Shown here: in pieces, positions 34,371 to 43,733 of the stretch
How the letters are laid out: each line of letters starts with the position of its first letter
Numbering within the stretch: the stretch's first letter is position 1
DNA from: Candidatus Berkelbacteria bacterium RIFCSPLOWO2_01_FULL_50_28
Lineage (GTDB): Bacteria; Patescibacteriota; UBA1384; 2-12-FULL-50-11
Assembly (NCBI GenBank): GCA_001774395.1
Contig: MEZX01000002.1
Location: forward strand, 559,062 to 623,061
Direction of reading: 5' to 3'
Length of the DNA stretch: 64,000 nucleotides
Translations under genes and position numbers: made by a program
Notes under the pieces: model-generated
Seen by the model: only the letters and a program-made list of their open reading frames with translations
Databases searched by the model: none
What the model was told of the DNA's origin: nothing

Positions 34371-37243
34371 CCGATCAAGACAGAATATTCGTCAAGGGAG
34401 CTCGAGAGCATAATTTAAAAAATATTGACTTAGAGATTCCGCGCAACAAGCTCGTTGTCTTTACCGGACTCTCTGGGTCCGGCAAGTCGTCGTTAGCATT
34501 CGACACGATTTATGCCGAAGGACAACGCCGCTACATGGAATCGCTCTCAAGTTACGCTCGACAATTTTTGGGTCAGATGGAAAAACCCGATGTTGATTAC
34601 ATTGAAGGACTCTCTCCCGCCATCTCTATCGACCAAAAAACTGTTTCCCACAACCCGCGCTCAACAGTTGGCACTGTGACCGAAATTCACGACTACCTGC
34701 GCTTGCTTTTCGCCCGCATCGGCGTCCCGTACTGCCCCGCTTGTGGCCGAGTAATCTCCCGCCAAACAGTCGATCAGATGGTTGACTTAATAGGTACGCT
34801 ACCAGAAGGCACCCGAATTACTGTGATGGCGCCGGTGGTGCGCGGTCGCAAGGGCGAGTACAACCAGCTTTTGGCCGATCTGCACCGCGGTGGTTTTGGG
34901 TCAGTGCGCGTGAACGGCGAGATCTACTCACTCTCCGACTCGATCAAAATGGATCGTTACAAAGCCCATAACATCGAGGTAATAATTGACCGCCTGACGG
35001 CCGGCATATCTTCACGCCAACGCCTTACTGACGCTCTAGAAACTGGCCTCAAACTTAGCAAGGGGTTGGTAATAATTTCCCAAGAGCATAAGAACGATGA
35101 GCTGCTGCTTAGTGAAGATCTATCGTGCCCGTACGACGGCTTTTCCCTCGGCGAAATTAGCCCGCGTTCATTTTCTTTCAACTCGCCGTACGGTGCCTGC
35201 GCCGATTGCCACGGCCTGGGCTACAAAAAAGAAATTTCAGAGGAGCTGATTATTCCCGATAAAACGAAAACCATTGTCGAAGGCGGCATTATGCCTTGGA
35301 CGTTTTCAGCCGTAAACTACTACGGAATACTATTAAAAAATGCCGCCGAGCATTTTAATCTTTCGATTGACACGCCGATTAAAGACTTGGATGAAGATCA
35401 ACTGAAGAAAGTGCTTTACGGTACCGGCACACCGTTCCAAATGCGCTTGCGTTACTATTCGGCCGGCGTTGCCCACCACTTCCATGTTGGTTTTAAGGGG
35501 CTCATTGCTCATCTTGAATCGCGCTATCGCGAGACGGACTCGGAAATGGTACGAGAACAAATAGAAAGATATATGCTAACCTCACCGTGCAACTCCTGCC
35601 AGGGCGCTCGTTTGAACAAGGAGGCGTTACTGGTACGGCTGGGCCACCCTTCGACTCCCGATGGTCGCTCAGGGTCTACGAAAAATATCGCCGAAGTTTC
35701 TGCCCTAACAATAGACCGAGCAAGAAAGTATTTTGATGAACTAAAACTAAACAAGCGCGAATCTGCAATTGCCGGCAAAGTCATTGATGAAATTCGAAGC
35801 CGACTGGAGTTTTTAGGTAAAGTTGGCTTGGATTATCTAACGCTTGATCGCTCTGCCACAACGCTGGCCGGTGGCGAGAGTCAACGAATTCGCTTGGCCT
35901 CACAGATCGGTTCGGCGTTAGTCGGGATACTTTATGTGCTGGACGAGCCAACTATCGGCTTGCATCCCACCGACAACGCCCGCCTCATCGAAACCCTGGT
36001 ACGGCTGCGCGATTTGGGCAACTCGGTAATTGTCGTCGAACACGACGAAGAAACAATTCGACACGCTGATTTTGTAGTAGACATCGGGCCCGGCGCCGGA
36101 GAGCACGGCGGTGAGATTGTGGCCAGCGGTACATTAGCCGAAGTATTGACTAACAAAAATTCCATAACCGCCCCGTATCTAACTGGTGAAAAAACATTAG
36201 TCGTGCCCTCCCGTCGTGAAATTGCCAAAGGCCATCAGTATCTAACCGTTCACAAAGCCAGCGAGAACAACTTAAAAAATATTTCCGTCAACTTCCCCCT
36301 TGGCCGCTTCATCGCGGTCACGGGCGTGTCTGGATCTGGCAAGTCCACACTTATCACTGAAGTACTATGCAAAGCGGTCAGCCAGAAACTGGGGTATCAA
36401 ACAGATAAACCGGGCCGCCATCAAGACGTCACTGGCACACAATTTTTAGACAAGATAATTGAAATTGATCAGTCCCCCATCGGCCGAACACCGCGTTCAA
36501 ATCCTGCCACCTACACCAAAACTTTTGATCCGATTCGCCAGCTCTTTGCCGCCACTCCCGCCGCTCGCAGTCGCGGTTATAAGCCTGGTCGATTTTCTTT
36601 TAATGTCATTGGGGGCCGTTGCGAGAACTGCCAAGGCGACGGTCAGATCAAAATTGAGATGAATTTCTTGCCTGACGTTTACGTTACCTGCGACGTTTGC
36701 AAAGGCAGCCGCTATAATCGCGAAACTTTGGAGGTTTTGTGGAAGGGTAAAAATGTTTCGCAGGTGCTGAATATGACCGTCGAAGAGAGCTTGGAATTTT
36801 TCGCCAACATTCCCACGATCGCGTCGAAATTGAAGACTATGATGGAAGTTGGCTTGGGCTACGTCCGTTTGGGCCAGCCAGCAACCACGCTATCTGGCGG
36901 TGAAGCTCAACGAATTAAACTTGCAGCGGAGCTGGCCAAGCGCGACACTGGCCATACACTATATATATTGGACGAGCCAACCACTGGCTTGCACTTCGCC
37001 GATGTTGAGCGGTTGCTCATTGTCTTGCAAAAACTAGTTGATCGCGGCAACACAATAATTGTCATCGAGCATAATATGGATGTCGTAAAATCGGCTGATT
37101 GGTTGATCGATCTTGGACCTGGCGGTGGCGAGAAAGGCGGCGAAGTTATCGCTAAAGGTACGCCAGAAGAAGTTAGTCAGAATAAAGATTCTCTGACCGG
37201 GCAGGTCTTAGAGCCGGTTCTGTTTGGAAAAACTAAAAAATAA
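34367..37243 (+). CDS. uvrA: Excinuclease ABC subunit A
   Basis: 958 aa with two ABC ATPase modules (GLSGSGKSS / [14 protein letters not shown] signatures) and zinc-finger cysteines. Confidence 0.97.
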   Translation: MTDQDRIFVKGAREHNLKNIDLEIPRNKLVVFTGLSGSGKSSLAFDTIYAEGQRRYMESLSSYARQFLGQMEKPDVDYIEGLSPAISIDQKTVSHNPRSTVGTVTEIHDYLRLLFARIGVPYCPACGRVISRQTVDQMVDLIGTLPEGTRITVMAPVVRGRKGEYNQLLADLHRGGFGSVRVNGEIYSLSDSIKMDRYKAHNIEVIIDRLTAGISSRQRLTDALETGLKLSKGLVIISQEHKNDELLLSEDLSCPYDGFSLGEISPRSFSFNSPYGACADCHGLGYKKEISEELIIPDKTKTIVEGGIMPWTFSAVNYYGILLKNAAEHFNLSIDTPIKDLDEDQLKKVLYGTGTPFQMRLRYYSAGVAHHFHVGFKGLIAHLESRYRETDSEMVREQIERYMLTSPCNSCQGARLNKEALLVRLGHPSTPDGRSGSTKNIAEVSALTIDRARKYFDELKLNKRESAIAGKVIDEIRSRLEFLGKVGLDYLTLDRSATTLAGGESQRIRLASQIGSALVGILYVLDEPTIGLHPTDNARLIETLVRLRDLGNSVIVVEHDEETIRHADFVVDIGPGAGEHGGEIVASGTLAEVLTNKNSITAPYLTGEKTLVVPSRREIAKGHQYLTVHKASENNLKNISVNFPLGRFIAVTGVSGSGKSTLITEVLCKAVSQKLGYQTDKPGRHQDVTGTQFLDKIIEIDQSPIGRTPRSNPATYTKTFDPIRQLFAATPAARSRGYKPGRFSFNVIGGRCENCQGDGQIKIEMNFLPDVYVTCDVCKGSRYNRETLEVLWKGKNVSQVLNMTVEESLEFFANIPTIASKLKTMMEVGLGYVRLGQPATTLSGGEAQRIKLAAELAKRDTGHTLYILDEPTTGLHFADVERLLIVLQKLVDRGNTIIVIEHNMDVVKSADWLIDLGPGGGEKGGEVIAKGTPEEVSQNKDSLTGQVLEPVLFGKTKK

Positions 37244-37290
37244 AGAAGCGCGGCCCGGGCTTTGCGCCCGAACCGCTGATGAAGGAATCG

Positions 37291-37404
37291 CTATTTGGCC
37301 GCGTTGCGGCGCCAGTGCCCGCGTGACAGGTACTGTTCGAGTACGTGCCAGAGACGGCGCTGCGCCTTATGCGATACATACGGTCGAAATGTCTTGAGTT
37401 TTTT
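37291..37404 (-). CDS. Possible very basic 38-aa peptide (MKKLKTFRPYVSHKAQRRLWHVLEQYLSRGHWRRNAAK)
   Basis: GGGAG SD 5-6 nt before the ATG on the minus strand. The longer 115-aa track ORF spans a large hairpin and looks spurious upstream of this ATG. Low confidence. Confidence 0.2.
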   Translation of the reverse strand, partial: KKLKTFRPYVSHKAQRRLWHVLEQYLSRGHWRRNAAK

Positions 37405-37565
37405 CATTCCACTCCCTCGATGCTTGCCTTCCCGATCAATGATCTTTTCGAGATTGCACTCTAGTATTCTACACCTTTTGGGGTGCAGAGCGGCAAACAC
37501 CCTCCATTTCGGGTGCGCCACGTTTGACGAGAATATGTTCTCCCGCCTCCCGAGGGCTTCCAGCC

Positions 37566-37630
37566 CTCCTTTAAGTCCGCAAAAGTTAAATGTGCAAATT
37601 AATTTTTTTGCGGACTTGAAGGAGGGCTCC
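37566..37630. repeat. Long perfect-stem hairpin (cctcctttaagtccgcaaaa … ttttgcggacttgaaggagg) in the 517-bp uvrA-uvrC spacer
   Basis: Inverted repeat of about 20 bp with a loop of about 24 nt, seen directly. No T-run follows, so it is not a canonical terminator. Confidence 0.6.
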
Positions 37631-37760
37631 TCACTCACAAGTGTTGGCTGATGAGCAATATAGTAATTCTAATGTACGTGGGCGATTCTATCACACAACC
37701 CCTGTTGCGTCAAGGGAATTGACCTAAATTTTTCGCTCGACTTCGGTTATACTAACCGCA

Positions 37761-39401
37761 ATGGAAAAACCCAAGAATCTGCCGAGAGACCCTGGTGTTT
37801 ACTTATTCAAAGACGAGCACGAAAAAGTGCTTTACGTTGGCAAAGCCAAAAACCTGAAAAGTCGGGTTGGTAGTTACTTCAGTAAAGGTGACGACCCTTC
37901 GACTTCGCTCAGGGTAAATCGACCATGGATAGCGGTGATGATGGGGGTGATACAGGAAGTTGAGACAATCGTCGTTAACAACGAGATCGAAGCGCTTATC
38001 TTGGAAGCAACTCTTATCAACGAGCACCAGCCCAAATTCAATATAAAACTAATGGACGACAAAGCTTACCCGTTCATAAAGTTAACAACAAAAGAGCGGT
38101 TTCCAAGGCTACAGGTTGTCCGGCAACGAACGAAAGACGGCGCGCAGTACTTCGGCCCGTATCTTTCCTCTTGGTCGGCAAACTTAGCCTGCCAGTTCCT
38201 ACGGCGAGTGTACGGGGTACATTTGGCTAGTAAGCCACTGCCTACCGGCCAAGACCGGCCGTGTTTAAATTGCCAGCTCGAGGGTAATAGCTGTCCTATG
38301 GCTGATCAGATTTCACCAGAAGCATATGCTAAACAGGTTAATACTACCGTCGAATTTCTCGAGGGAAAACGGAAAAATATCATCCGAGATATCGAGCAGC
38401 GCATGCAGCAGGCTGCAGAAAATGAGAGCTTCGAACTTGCCGGTAAACTGCGCGATCAGCTAAAGGCTGTTTGGCACGTTACTTCGAGCCAAAAAGTTGT
38501 TGGTTCTACCCAAGAAAGTTTCGATGCGATCGGTACAGCCATTACCGGTAACAGATCCGTGGTAACTGTTGTACACGTGAGAAATGGCGAATTTATCGGT
38601 CAGAAGAATATTCCTTTTAGTTCGCTTCAACCAATTACGCAAGCTGAGCTAATTCGCCAGTGTTTAATCGAAATTTACAGATATCTCGTTGACATCCCCC
38701 CTTTAGTAGCGCTACCAGTAACCATTGAAGATCAAGGGTTAATTTCAACCTGGTTGAGCCAGCAGCAAGGATATCGAATTGAGCTGCGCGTTCCGGAGCG
38801 CGGAGAGAAAGTTGATTTTATTGCCCTGGCCAACAAAAATGCTCAGTCAAAGCTGGAGTCGATGCTACTGAAGACTGAAGGTACCGACTTTTCTTCACTT
38901 ATCGGGCTAAAAGAGCTGCTTTGCCTAGCTGAGCTGCCCGAACGCATTGAAGCGGTGGATATATCAAACCTCGGCACTAGCGAGCCGGTCGGCGCCACGG
39001 TTTGTTTTATTAACGGTCAGCCAGATAAAAACGAGTATCGTCGCTACAAGATCAAAACCGTTGAGGGTCAGAACGACTTTGCGATGATTCAAGAAGTTGT
39101 TACTCGCCGTTTCTCCGACACTTCTCGCCCGCTCCCAGATTTGTTTGTTGTAGATGGTGGGCCAGAGCAGCTACGTTATACCTTTGAAGGTATAAGACTA
39201 GCGGGCCGAAGTCCAAAAATGGTAATTGCGCTAGCGAAGAAGCCCGACAGAATATACTTGCCCGGAAGAAAAAAACCAATCACCGCTCCACGTGGCAGCA
39301 AGGGACTGCTAATGCTCGGGCGAATCCGTGACGAAGTTCACCGCTACGTCATCGGTTTTCACAGGCAACGCCAGCGAAAAAAATCTCTCGGAAAGCCTTG
39401 A
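37761..39401 (+). CDS. uvrC: Excinuclease ABC subunit C
   Basis: 546 aa with the GIY-YIG N-domain (GVYLFKDEHEKVLYVGKAKNLKSR), the UvrBC-interaction region and an RNase H-like/HhH C-terminal part. Confidence 0.93.
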   Translation: MEKPKNLPRDPGVYLFKDEHEKVLYVGKAKNLKSRVGSYFSKGDDPSTSLRVNRPWIAVMMGVIQEVETIVVNNEIEALILEATLINEHQPKFNIKLMDDKAYPFIKLTTKERFPRLQVVRQRTKDGAQYFGPYLSSWSANLACQFLRRVYGVHLASKPLPTGQDRPCLNCQLEGNSCPMADQISPEAYAKQVNTTVEFLEGKRKNIIRDIEQRMQQAAENESFELAGKLRDQLKAVWHVTSSQKVVGSTQESFDAIGTAITGNRSVVTVVHVRNGEFIGQKNIPFSSLQPITQAELIRQCLIEIYRYLVDIPPLVALPVTIEDQGLISTWLSQQQGYRIELRVPERGEKVDFIALANKNAQSKLESMLLKTEGTDFSSLIGLKELLCLAELPERIEAVDISNLGTSEPVGATVCFINGQPDKNEYRRYKIKTVEGQNDFAMIQEVVTRRFSDTSRPLPDLFVVDGGPEQLRYTFEGIRLAGRSPKMVIALAKKPDRIYLPGRKKPITAPRGSKGLLMLGRIRDEVHRYVIGFHRQRQRKKSLGKP

Positions 39402-39479
39402 CTGGCCTTCGCAATAGTAGTAATATCTTCTCACTTGGCCCTCGAGCCAAGACCCCAATGATGGGGAGGTGAACAACAA

Positions 39480-39617
39480 ATGGAGATTCGGAATCGCGGC
39501 TCGACCACCGTCACTAACATGGGTGGTAATTCCTTCAGCACGATCAACACGTTCCACGACGGCGCCATGATCCCGCTCGACGCGGGCAGCAGCGGGCACA
39601 ACGTGCCCGACGGCTAG
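39480..39617 (+). CDS. Small GC-rich peptide (45 aa; MEIRNRGSTTVTNMGG-NSFSTINTFHDGAMIPLDAGSSGHNVPDG)
   Basis: Consensus SD GGAGGTGA 7 nt before the ATG, with a T-run terminator downstream. Not in the ORF track because it is under 60 aa. A Gly-Gly pair at residues 15-16. Confidence 0.3.
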   Translation: MEIRNRGSTTVTNMGGNSFSTINTFHDGAMIPLDAGSSGHNVPDG

Positions 39618-39748
39618 GTCGCCGGCGCGAACAACTGGCTTTCGCAGCGACATCTAGCCGTGAGAATCGGCAGACGGCTGCGAAACCACTTCACGGAACA
39701 ATTGACCCGGCGGCAACTAACCTTGCACGCCGGCGCGACTCACTCGAA

Positions 39749-39790
39749 GCCCCTCTTGGCGAACCTGCCGAGCGGGGCCCTTTTTTATTT
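39749..39790 (+). terminator. Putative rho-independent terminator (gcccc…ggggc then CCTTTTTTATTT)
   Basis: Short GC stem with a long loop, followed by a strong T6 run. Convergent with the minus-strand small membrane gene. Confidence 0.4.
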
Positions 39791-39794
39791 CTTC

Positions 39795-40025
39795 CTATTT
39801 AACCCAACGGCCAAACCGGTTGCCGAAGGCCAGAATATTCAAACCAATTAGAATAAAGAAGATACCAACGAATATGCCAACCAAGTCGGGCTTGGCAATG
39901 ACCAATACTCCAAAGGCAACTGCGATGAGGCCAAACATTTGCATTGTGTTCATAGCGATATTGTAGCAGAAAGCCCCTTCGTAAATATCATATGGGCTTT
40001 TAGAATGCTCTGGATTAGAGAACAA
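39795..40025 (-). CDS. Small 2-TM membrane protein (76 aa)
   Basis: Two hydrophobic helices (FGLIAVAFGVLVIA / IFVGIFFILIGLNILAF). No family recognised. Confidence 0.45.
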   Translation of the reverse strand: MFSNPEHSKSPYDIYEGAFCYNIAMNTMQMFGLIAVAFGVLVIAKPDLVGIFVGIFFILIGLNILAFGNRFGRWVK

Positions 40026-40110
40026 CGACTTGTCCGTGGGGGTTTCCGTGTTACAATTGCCTCGGCTTTGTTCTTTTCAGTCTCGTCCTTGACACAGGAG
40101 GTGTAAAGGC

Positions 40111-41175
40111 ATGAATAACGGTATCAGACCCGTCAAACTTTTCTCGACAACTGGCTCTTCGGAGTTCACCGACCGCGTGTTTATACAGCTGAAGAAGCGT
40201 TCCGCCAATGATGGAAAGGCGCTTTACGGCTGTAGCCGGGGTAGCTCGGCAGTCGACCGATTCTCGAACGACAACATGCAGATCACAGTTGACGACGTTC
40301 GCGGCTCGTTTGCAGTGATCATCGCCACGCAAACGCTGCCCGTCAGCGACACGATCATGGAGCTCCTACTCCTACTGCATGCTCTGAAGAACTCTCGCAC
40401 CGAGGATCTTCTGCTTGTTCTTCCCTACATGCCCTACTCCAGGTCGGACAAGAAGAATCAGCCGCGGATCTCGTCCGGCGGGGTACTAATACCGAGGATT
40501 TTAACCACGGTTCTGGGTGTGAAGAGAACCTTGTTGCTCGACCCCCACTCGCCGAACTCATTGCACTACTTCGAGCAAGGAGATTCGCCTTGCGCCGATG
40601 TGATCACGGCTGTGCCACTACTTGTCGACCACTTATCTCGAGCCGTGTTGGAGTGGGGCTGGGATCCGTCACTACTGACGGTTGTTTTCGCCGACAACGG
40701 CGCGGCAACTCGTTTCGGCAACGTTCCCAGGTTATTGGGGGCCGATCGTGCCTACATCGACAAAAGTCGTCCTGACCACTCCGAGAACCCGCTCACCAAG
40801 GCGATCGTCGGTGATGTTGATGGTCGCTACTGCATCATCTTCGACGACGAAGCTCTAACAGGTGGGACAGCGGCCAAGGACGCCGGGATCGTGGCTGCAA
40901 ACGGTGCCAAGGCAATCGCGATGGCGGCGATCCACGCGCCGCTCGAACATAAGAATGGTCCAGAAGCGGCGGTTCAGCTACTTCTAGATTCCCCGATTGG
41001 GCAATTCGTCTTCACCGATACCGTGCCTTGCCAGCATAAGGTTGCCGGGCACAGTGACCGTTTCACCGTTCTTTCAGTAGCACCGCTGCTGGCGGAGGCG
41101 ATCAGCCGGATCGTTACGGGCGAGTCACTCACTGCGCTCTACCAGATGGATATGGTAGACAAATACCGGAGTTGA
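40111..41175 (+). CDS. Ribose-phosphate pyrophosphokinase-like protein (divergent Prs homolog)
   Basis: Collinear with class I PRPP synthetase across its full length. Conserved motifs are substituted: DPHS for DLHA, SRSDKK for ARQDRK, and DDEALTGGT for DDMIDTGGT. The C-terminal …LAEAISRI… region is retained. GGAGGTG SD; GC-richer than the neighbours. Confidence 0.7.
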   Translation: MNNGIRPVKLFSTTGSSEFTDRVFIQLKKRSANDGKALYGCSRGSSAVDRFSNDNMQITVDDVRGSFAVIIATQTLPVSDTIMELLLLLHALKNSRTEDLLLVLPYMPYSRSDKKNQPRISSGGVLIPRILTTVLGVKRTLLLDPHSPNSLHYFEQGDSPCADVITAVPLLVDHLSRAVLEWGWDPSLLTVVFADNGAATRFGNVPRLLGADRAYIDKSRPDHSENPLTKAIVGDVDGRYCIIFDDEALTGGTAAKDAGIVAANGAKAIAMAAIHAPLEHKNGPEAAVQLLLDSPIGQFVFTDTVPCQHKVAGHSDRFTVLSVAPLLAEAISRIVTGESLTALYQMDMVDKYRS

Positions 41176-41193
41176 AAACTCCAATTCCTGCTC

Positions 41194-41215
41194 CTGCGGG
41201 CCGCAAGGCCCGCAG
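41194..41215. terminator. Perfect 9-bp GC hairpin ctgcgggcc-gcaa-ggcccgcag between the convergent prs-like and nfo genes
   Basis: Seen directly. Only a weak T-tract follows (aactattttcg). Confidence 0.45.
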
Positions 41216-41217
41216 AA

Positions 41218-42048
41218 CTATTTTCGTAAGGACTTCAAAACCTCAATATTCTGCTTATCGGGTCCGGTGTTCTCAAACCCAGGGACTTCTAGATAGCCTG
41301 CAGTATCTCCCCAGCGTTCGTCGTTAAGGATATATCCAAATGACTCTTTACCCAAGAATCCTTCGCCGATGTTTTCGTGGCGGTCACGTTTAGCGCCAAG
41401 ATCAAACTTTGAATCGTTGAAATGCCAGCAGAAAACTTTATCGAGTCCGATTAGGCGGTCAACATCTTTGACATATGCAACGTAGCCGTCCTTTGTTTTT
41501 ATGTCGTAACCCGCTGCAAAGGCGTGACAAGTGTCTAGGCAAACTGCAACGCGGTTTTTGTCGCTTGATACGTCAATCAGCCATGCCAGATCTTCTAGCT
41601 TGCCGCCCATCGTTGAGCCGGCCGAGTTCTCGTAGACCAACATCGTATTTTCCGGCGTGCCGGCGAGAACTTCCGTAATTGTGTCCTGGATTTGTTTTTT
41701 GTGCAGGATTTCGCCGTTGTTGTAGTTCCCCGGATGGAAAATTGTCCCAACCACCCCGATCTTGGCTGCTAAAGTCAGGGTTTCAATTAGAGCCTGTTTT
41801 GTTTTGGCCAAGTTCTCTGGACTATCAGCTGCCAAGTTTGTTAGGTATATGCCATGAAAGATAACTTGCTTGAAGTTTTTCGGCCACTCATTTTTGAACC
41901 ACGCGCAGTCATCATCGCTCCAGCCGCGGATTTTCCATTGCAGAGGTGCCGACGGAAAAATCTGCAACGCTTCCGCGTCGATCTCTAGCCCTTTGCTGAT
42001 CGCGTTTTTCAATCCACCAGCGGTAGAAACATGAGCACCAATAAACAT
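41218..42048 (-). CDS. nfo: Endonuclease IV (AP endonuclease, TIM-barrel)
   Basis: 276 aa, collinear with Nfo (MFIGAHVS…GL…; metal-binding His/Asp/Glu pattern HPGNY…LDTCHAFAAGYD…). Confidence 0.88.
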   Translation of the reverse strand: MFIGAHVSTAGGLKNAISKGLEIDAEALQIFPSAPLQWKIRGWSDDDCAWFKNEWPKNFKQVIFHGIYLTNLAADSPENLAKTKQALIETLTLAAKIGVVGTIFHPGNYNNGEILHKKQIQDTITEVLAGTPENTMLVYENSAGSTMGGKLEDLAWLIDVSSDKNRVAVCLDTCHAFAAGYDIKTKDGYVAYVKDVDRLIGLDKVFCWHFNDSKFDLGAKRDRHENIGEGFLGKESFGYILNDERWGDTAGYLEVPGFENTGPDKQNIEVLKSLRK

Positions 42049-42148
42049 AGATGAATCTTAACTGAAAGACCTTAAGGCTTCCAGCTCTTGATTGAAGATT
42101 GGATTATCCCTATAATTGTCGGGTAATCCAGCACGAGGAGGCTTGGAA

Positions 42149-42715
42149 ATGATCATTAGTATTGACTCGTCGAAAGCAGACGACCATGTTTCATCACTTG
42201 GCAACAGCCTCTCGATCAAGTTCCGCAATGAGGGCTACCTAGCCGAAGTTCTTGCTGACCCCACTGGGTCGGACAACACTAAGTCGGGACTCCCATCGAC
42301 GATCGAATCGCTTCGCAGAAAATCCGGAATGGATCCGGTTACTTCGTACTTGCTGCTCCTGGCCGCTCGCAGCTCGATGCTTGACCACATCGAAGGAGTC
42401 AGGCAAGAGAAAGTCATTATCTTGCTCGGCGGTCCGCTGAAATGGCGGCAAGATGAGGACGACATTCTCGACGCTCTTGGTGACAGTAAACGCCAAATCG
42501 GATGGTTGTTTAGAGCTTGGAACGACCTTGCTCAGCCGGTCTGGCCCGACCTGTGCGTGCACCTAATCTCGTCTAACAGAGATAGGTATGTCAACTTCAA
42601 TACGATCTGCCGCCCCGCAACCATCCTGGAATGCGGAACAGACGATCTCGAAGACTTGATGGTTCGGGTGTTCAAGTGGGTGCTAGAAGAGCAACACCAA
42701 CCCGCCAGGACTTAG
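42149..42715 (+). CDS. Hypothetical protein (about 188 aa), GC-rich
   Basis: Start chosen at MIISIDSS, which has GAGGAGG 8 nt upstream. A terminator hairpin lies at 42737-42768. No family recognised. Confidence 0.5.
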   Translation: MIISIDSSKADDHVSSLGNSLSIKFRNEGYLAEVLADPTGSDNTKSGLPSTIESLRRKSGMDPVTSYLLLLAARSSMLDHIEGVRQEKVIILLGGPLKWRQDEDDILDALGDSKRQIGWLFRAWNDLAQPVWPDLCVHLISSNRDRYVNFNTICRPATILECGTDDLEDLMVRVFKWVLEEQHQPART

Positions 42716-42736
42716 GTCGCCAGAGCAATTCTTGAA

Positions 42737-42768
42737 CCGCCGCTGGTTACTCAGCGGTGGTTTATTTA
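42737..42768 (+). terminator. Rho-independent terminator (ccgccgct…agcggtgg then TTTATTTATA)
   Basis: 8-bp stem with one G·U pair, followed by a T-rich tract. Confidence 0.5.
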
Positions 42769-43350
42769 TACCCCTAACTCGACGAAATGTTTTTCAATTA
42801 CCGACCAGTCGAGATTCTCAAAAAATTTATCAATGTAATCTCGGCGCATAATTCCAAAATCTATAAAGTAGGCGTGTTCGTAGACATCCAGCGCCACCAG
42901 CGGCGTGCAGTTCCAGACTGGATAGGTGTTTTGGGTATCGCCAATGAAGTTGAATAACCTCTCCATTTTCCAATCCCAAGCTAACCAGGCCCAACCGCGA
43001 CCGCCCATGCCCGTGGCTTTCAGATCTTTCTGCCAAGCTTCGAAACTACCGAAATCTTTTTCGATTTGCGCCAGCAGTTTGCCAGATGGTTTACCACCTT
43101 CACCCCCGAGATGTTCAAAATAGATCTCGTGGTTTTTAATACCGTTCAGCGCAAAAGACAGCTCGACTTTGAGTGCCCTGACATCGCTGAAGGTTGGGTT
43201 GGCAGATTCCAAATCAACTTTCTGCAACTTTTCATCAATCTCGTTGAACTTTTTAACATAGCTTTCGTAGAGCTTGTAGTGCTCGGTCATCGTCCGCTCA
43301 CTTATGCCGTTCAATTCTTTAATACTTTCGAATTTCTTTGCTTCGTACAT
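42766..43350 (-). CDS. Fe/Mn superoxide dismutase
   Basis: 194 aa with C-terminal SOD signatures (…GWAWL…, DVYEHAYFID metal ligands). Confidence 0.88.
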   Translation of the reverse strand: MYEAKKFESIKELNGISERTMTEHYKLYESYVKKFNEIDEKLQKVDLESANPTFSDVRALKVELSFALNGIKNHEIYFEHLGGEGGKPSGKLLAQIEKDFGSFEAWQKDLKATGMGGRGWAWLAWDWKMERLFNFIGDTQNTYPVWNCTPLVALDVYEHAYFIDFGIMRRDYIDKFFENLDWSVIEKHFVELGV

Positions 43351-43402
43351 TTACCTCCTTAATATTGACTATTTACTAGCTTAGCATTAAACTGCCATTA
43401 AA

Positions 43403-43702
43403 TTGCTCTTTCTACCGAACGAGCGGGAGGATCGCTTGAATAATGACACACCGCGTGGCGACACGGAAAACGGTTGGAACCCGGTTGTTGCCCAAGGCCC
43501 GGGTGAGCCAACCTTGCCGATAGGGATTGGTTCGATGATCGATCTACCCAAAACCATCGCCGAGATCTACGACGACGAGGACCGACCCAATGACACATCG
43601 TCGAACGATCCAAGCGGCTGGCAGATGGCCACTGTACTCGTCGCAATGGCCGTACTTCTCTGGCTGGCCAACCTCAATGGTTGTGCGTTTACGTCCGGAT
43701 AG
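43403..43702 (+). CDS. Hypothetical protein with a C-terminal TM segment (start uncertain; TTG at 43403 or internal ATG)
   Basis: ORF only. No good SD, GC-rich. Low confidence. Confidence 0.25.
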   Translation: MLFLPNEREDRLNNDTPRGDTENGWNPVVAQGPGEPTLPIGIGSMIDLPKTIAEIYDDEDRPNDTSSNDPSGWQMATVLVAMAVLLWLANLNGCAFTSG

Positions 43703-43733
43703 GTTACCGCGACCCACACTCCAAAGCTTCCCG

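Noticed and set aside
37295-37651. 118-aa plus-strand ORF and the full 115-aa minus-strand ORF in the uvrA-uvrC spacer
   Set aside because: Both run through the long inverted repeat. Neither has an SD at its first start codon or a recognisable domain. Only the 38-aa C-terminal portion of the minus-strand ORF has an SD.
39309-39653. 114-aa minus-strand ORF
   Set aside because: It overlaps the uvrC 3' end by 93 nt and lies in a GC-rich stretch, where long random ORFs are expected. It has no SD. The plus-strand small ORF with a consensus SD is preferred.
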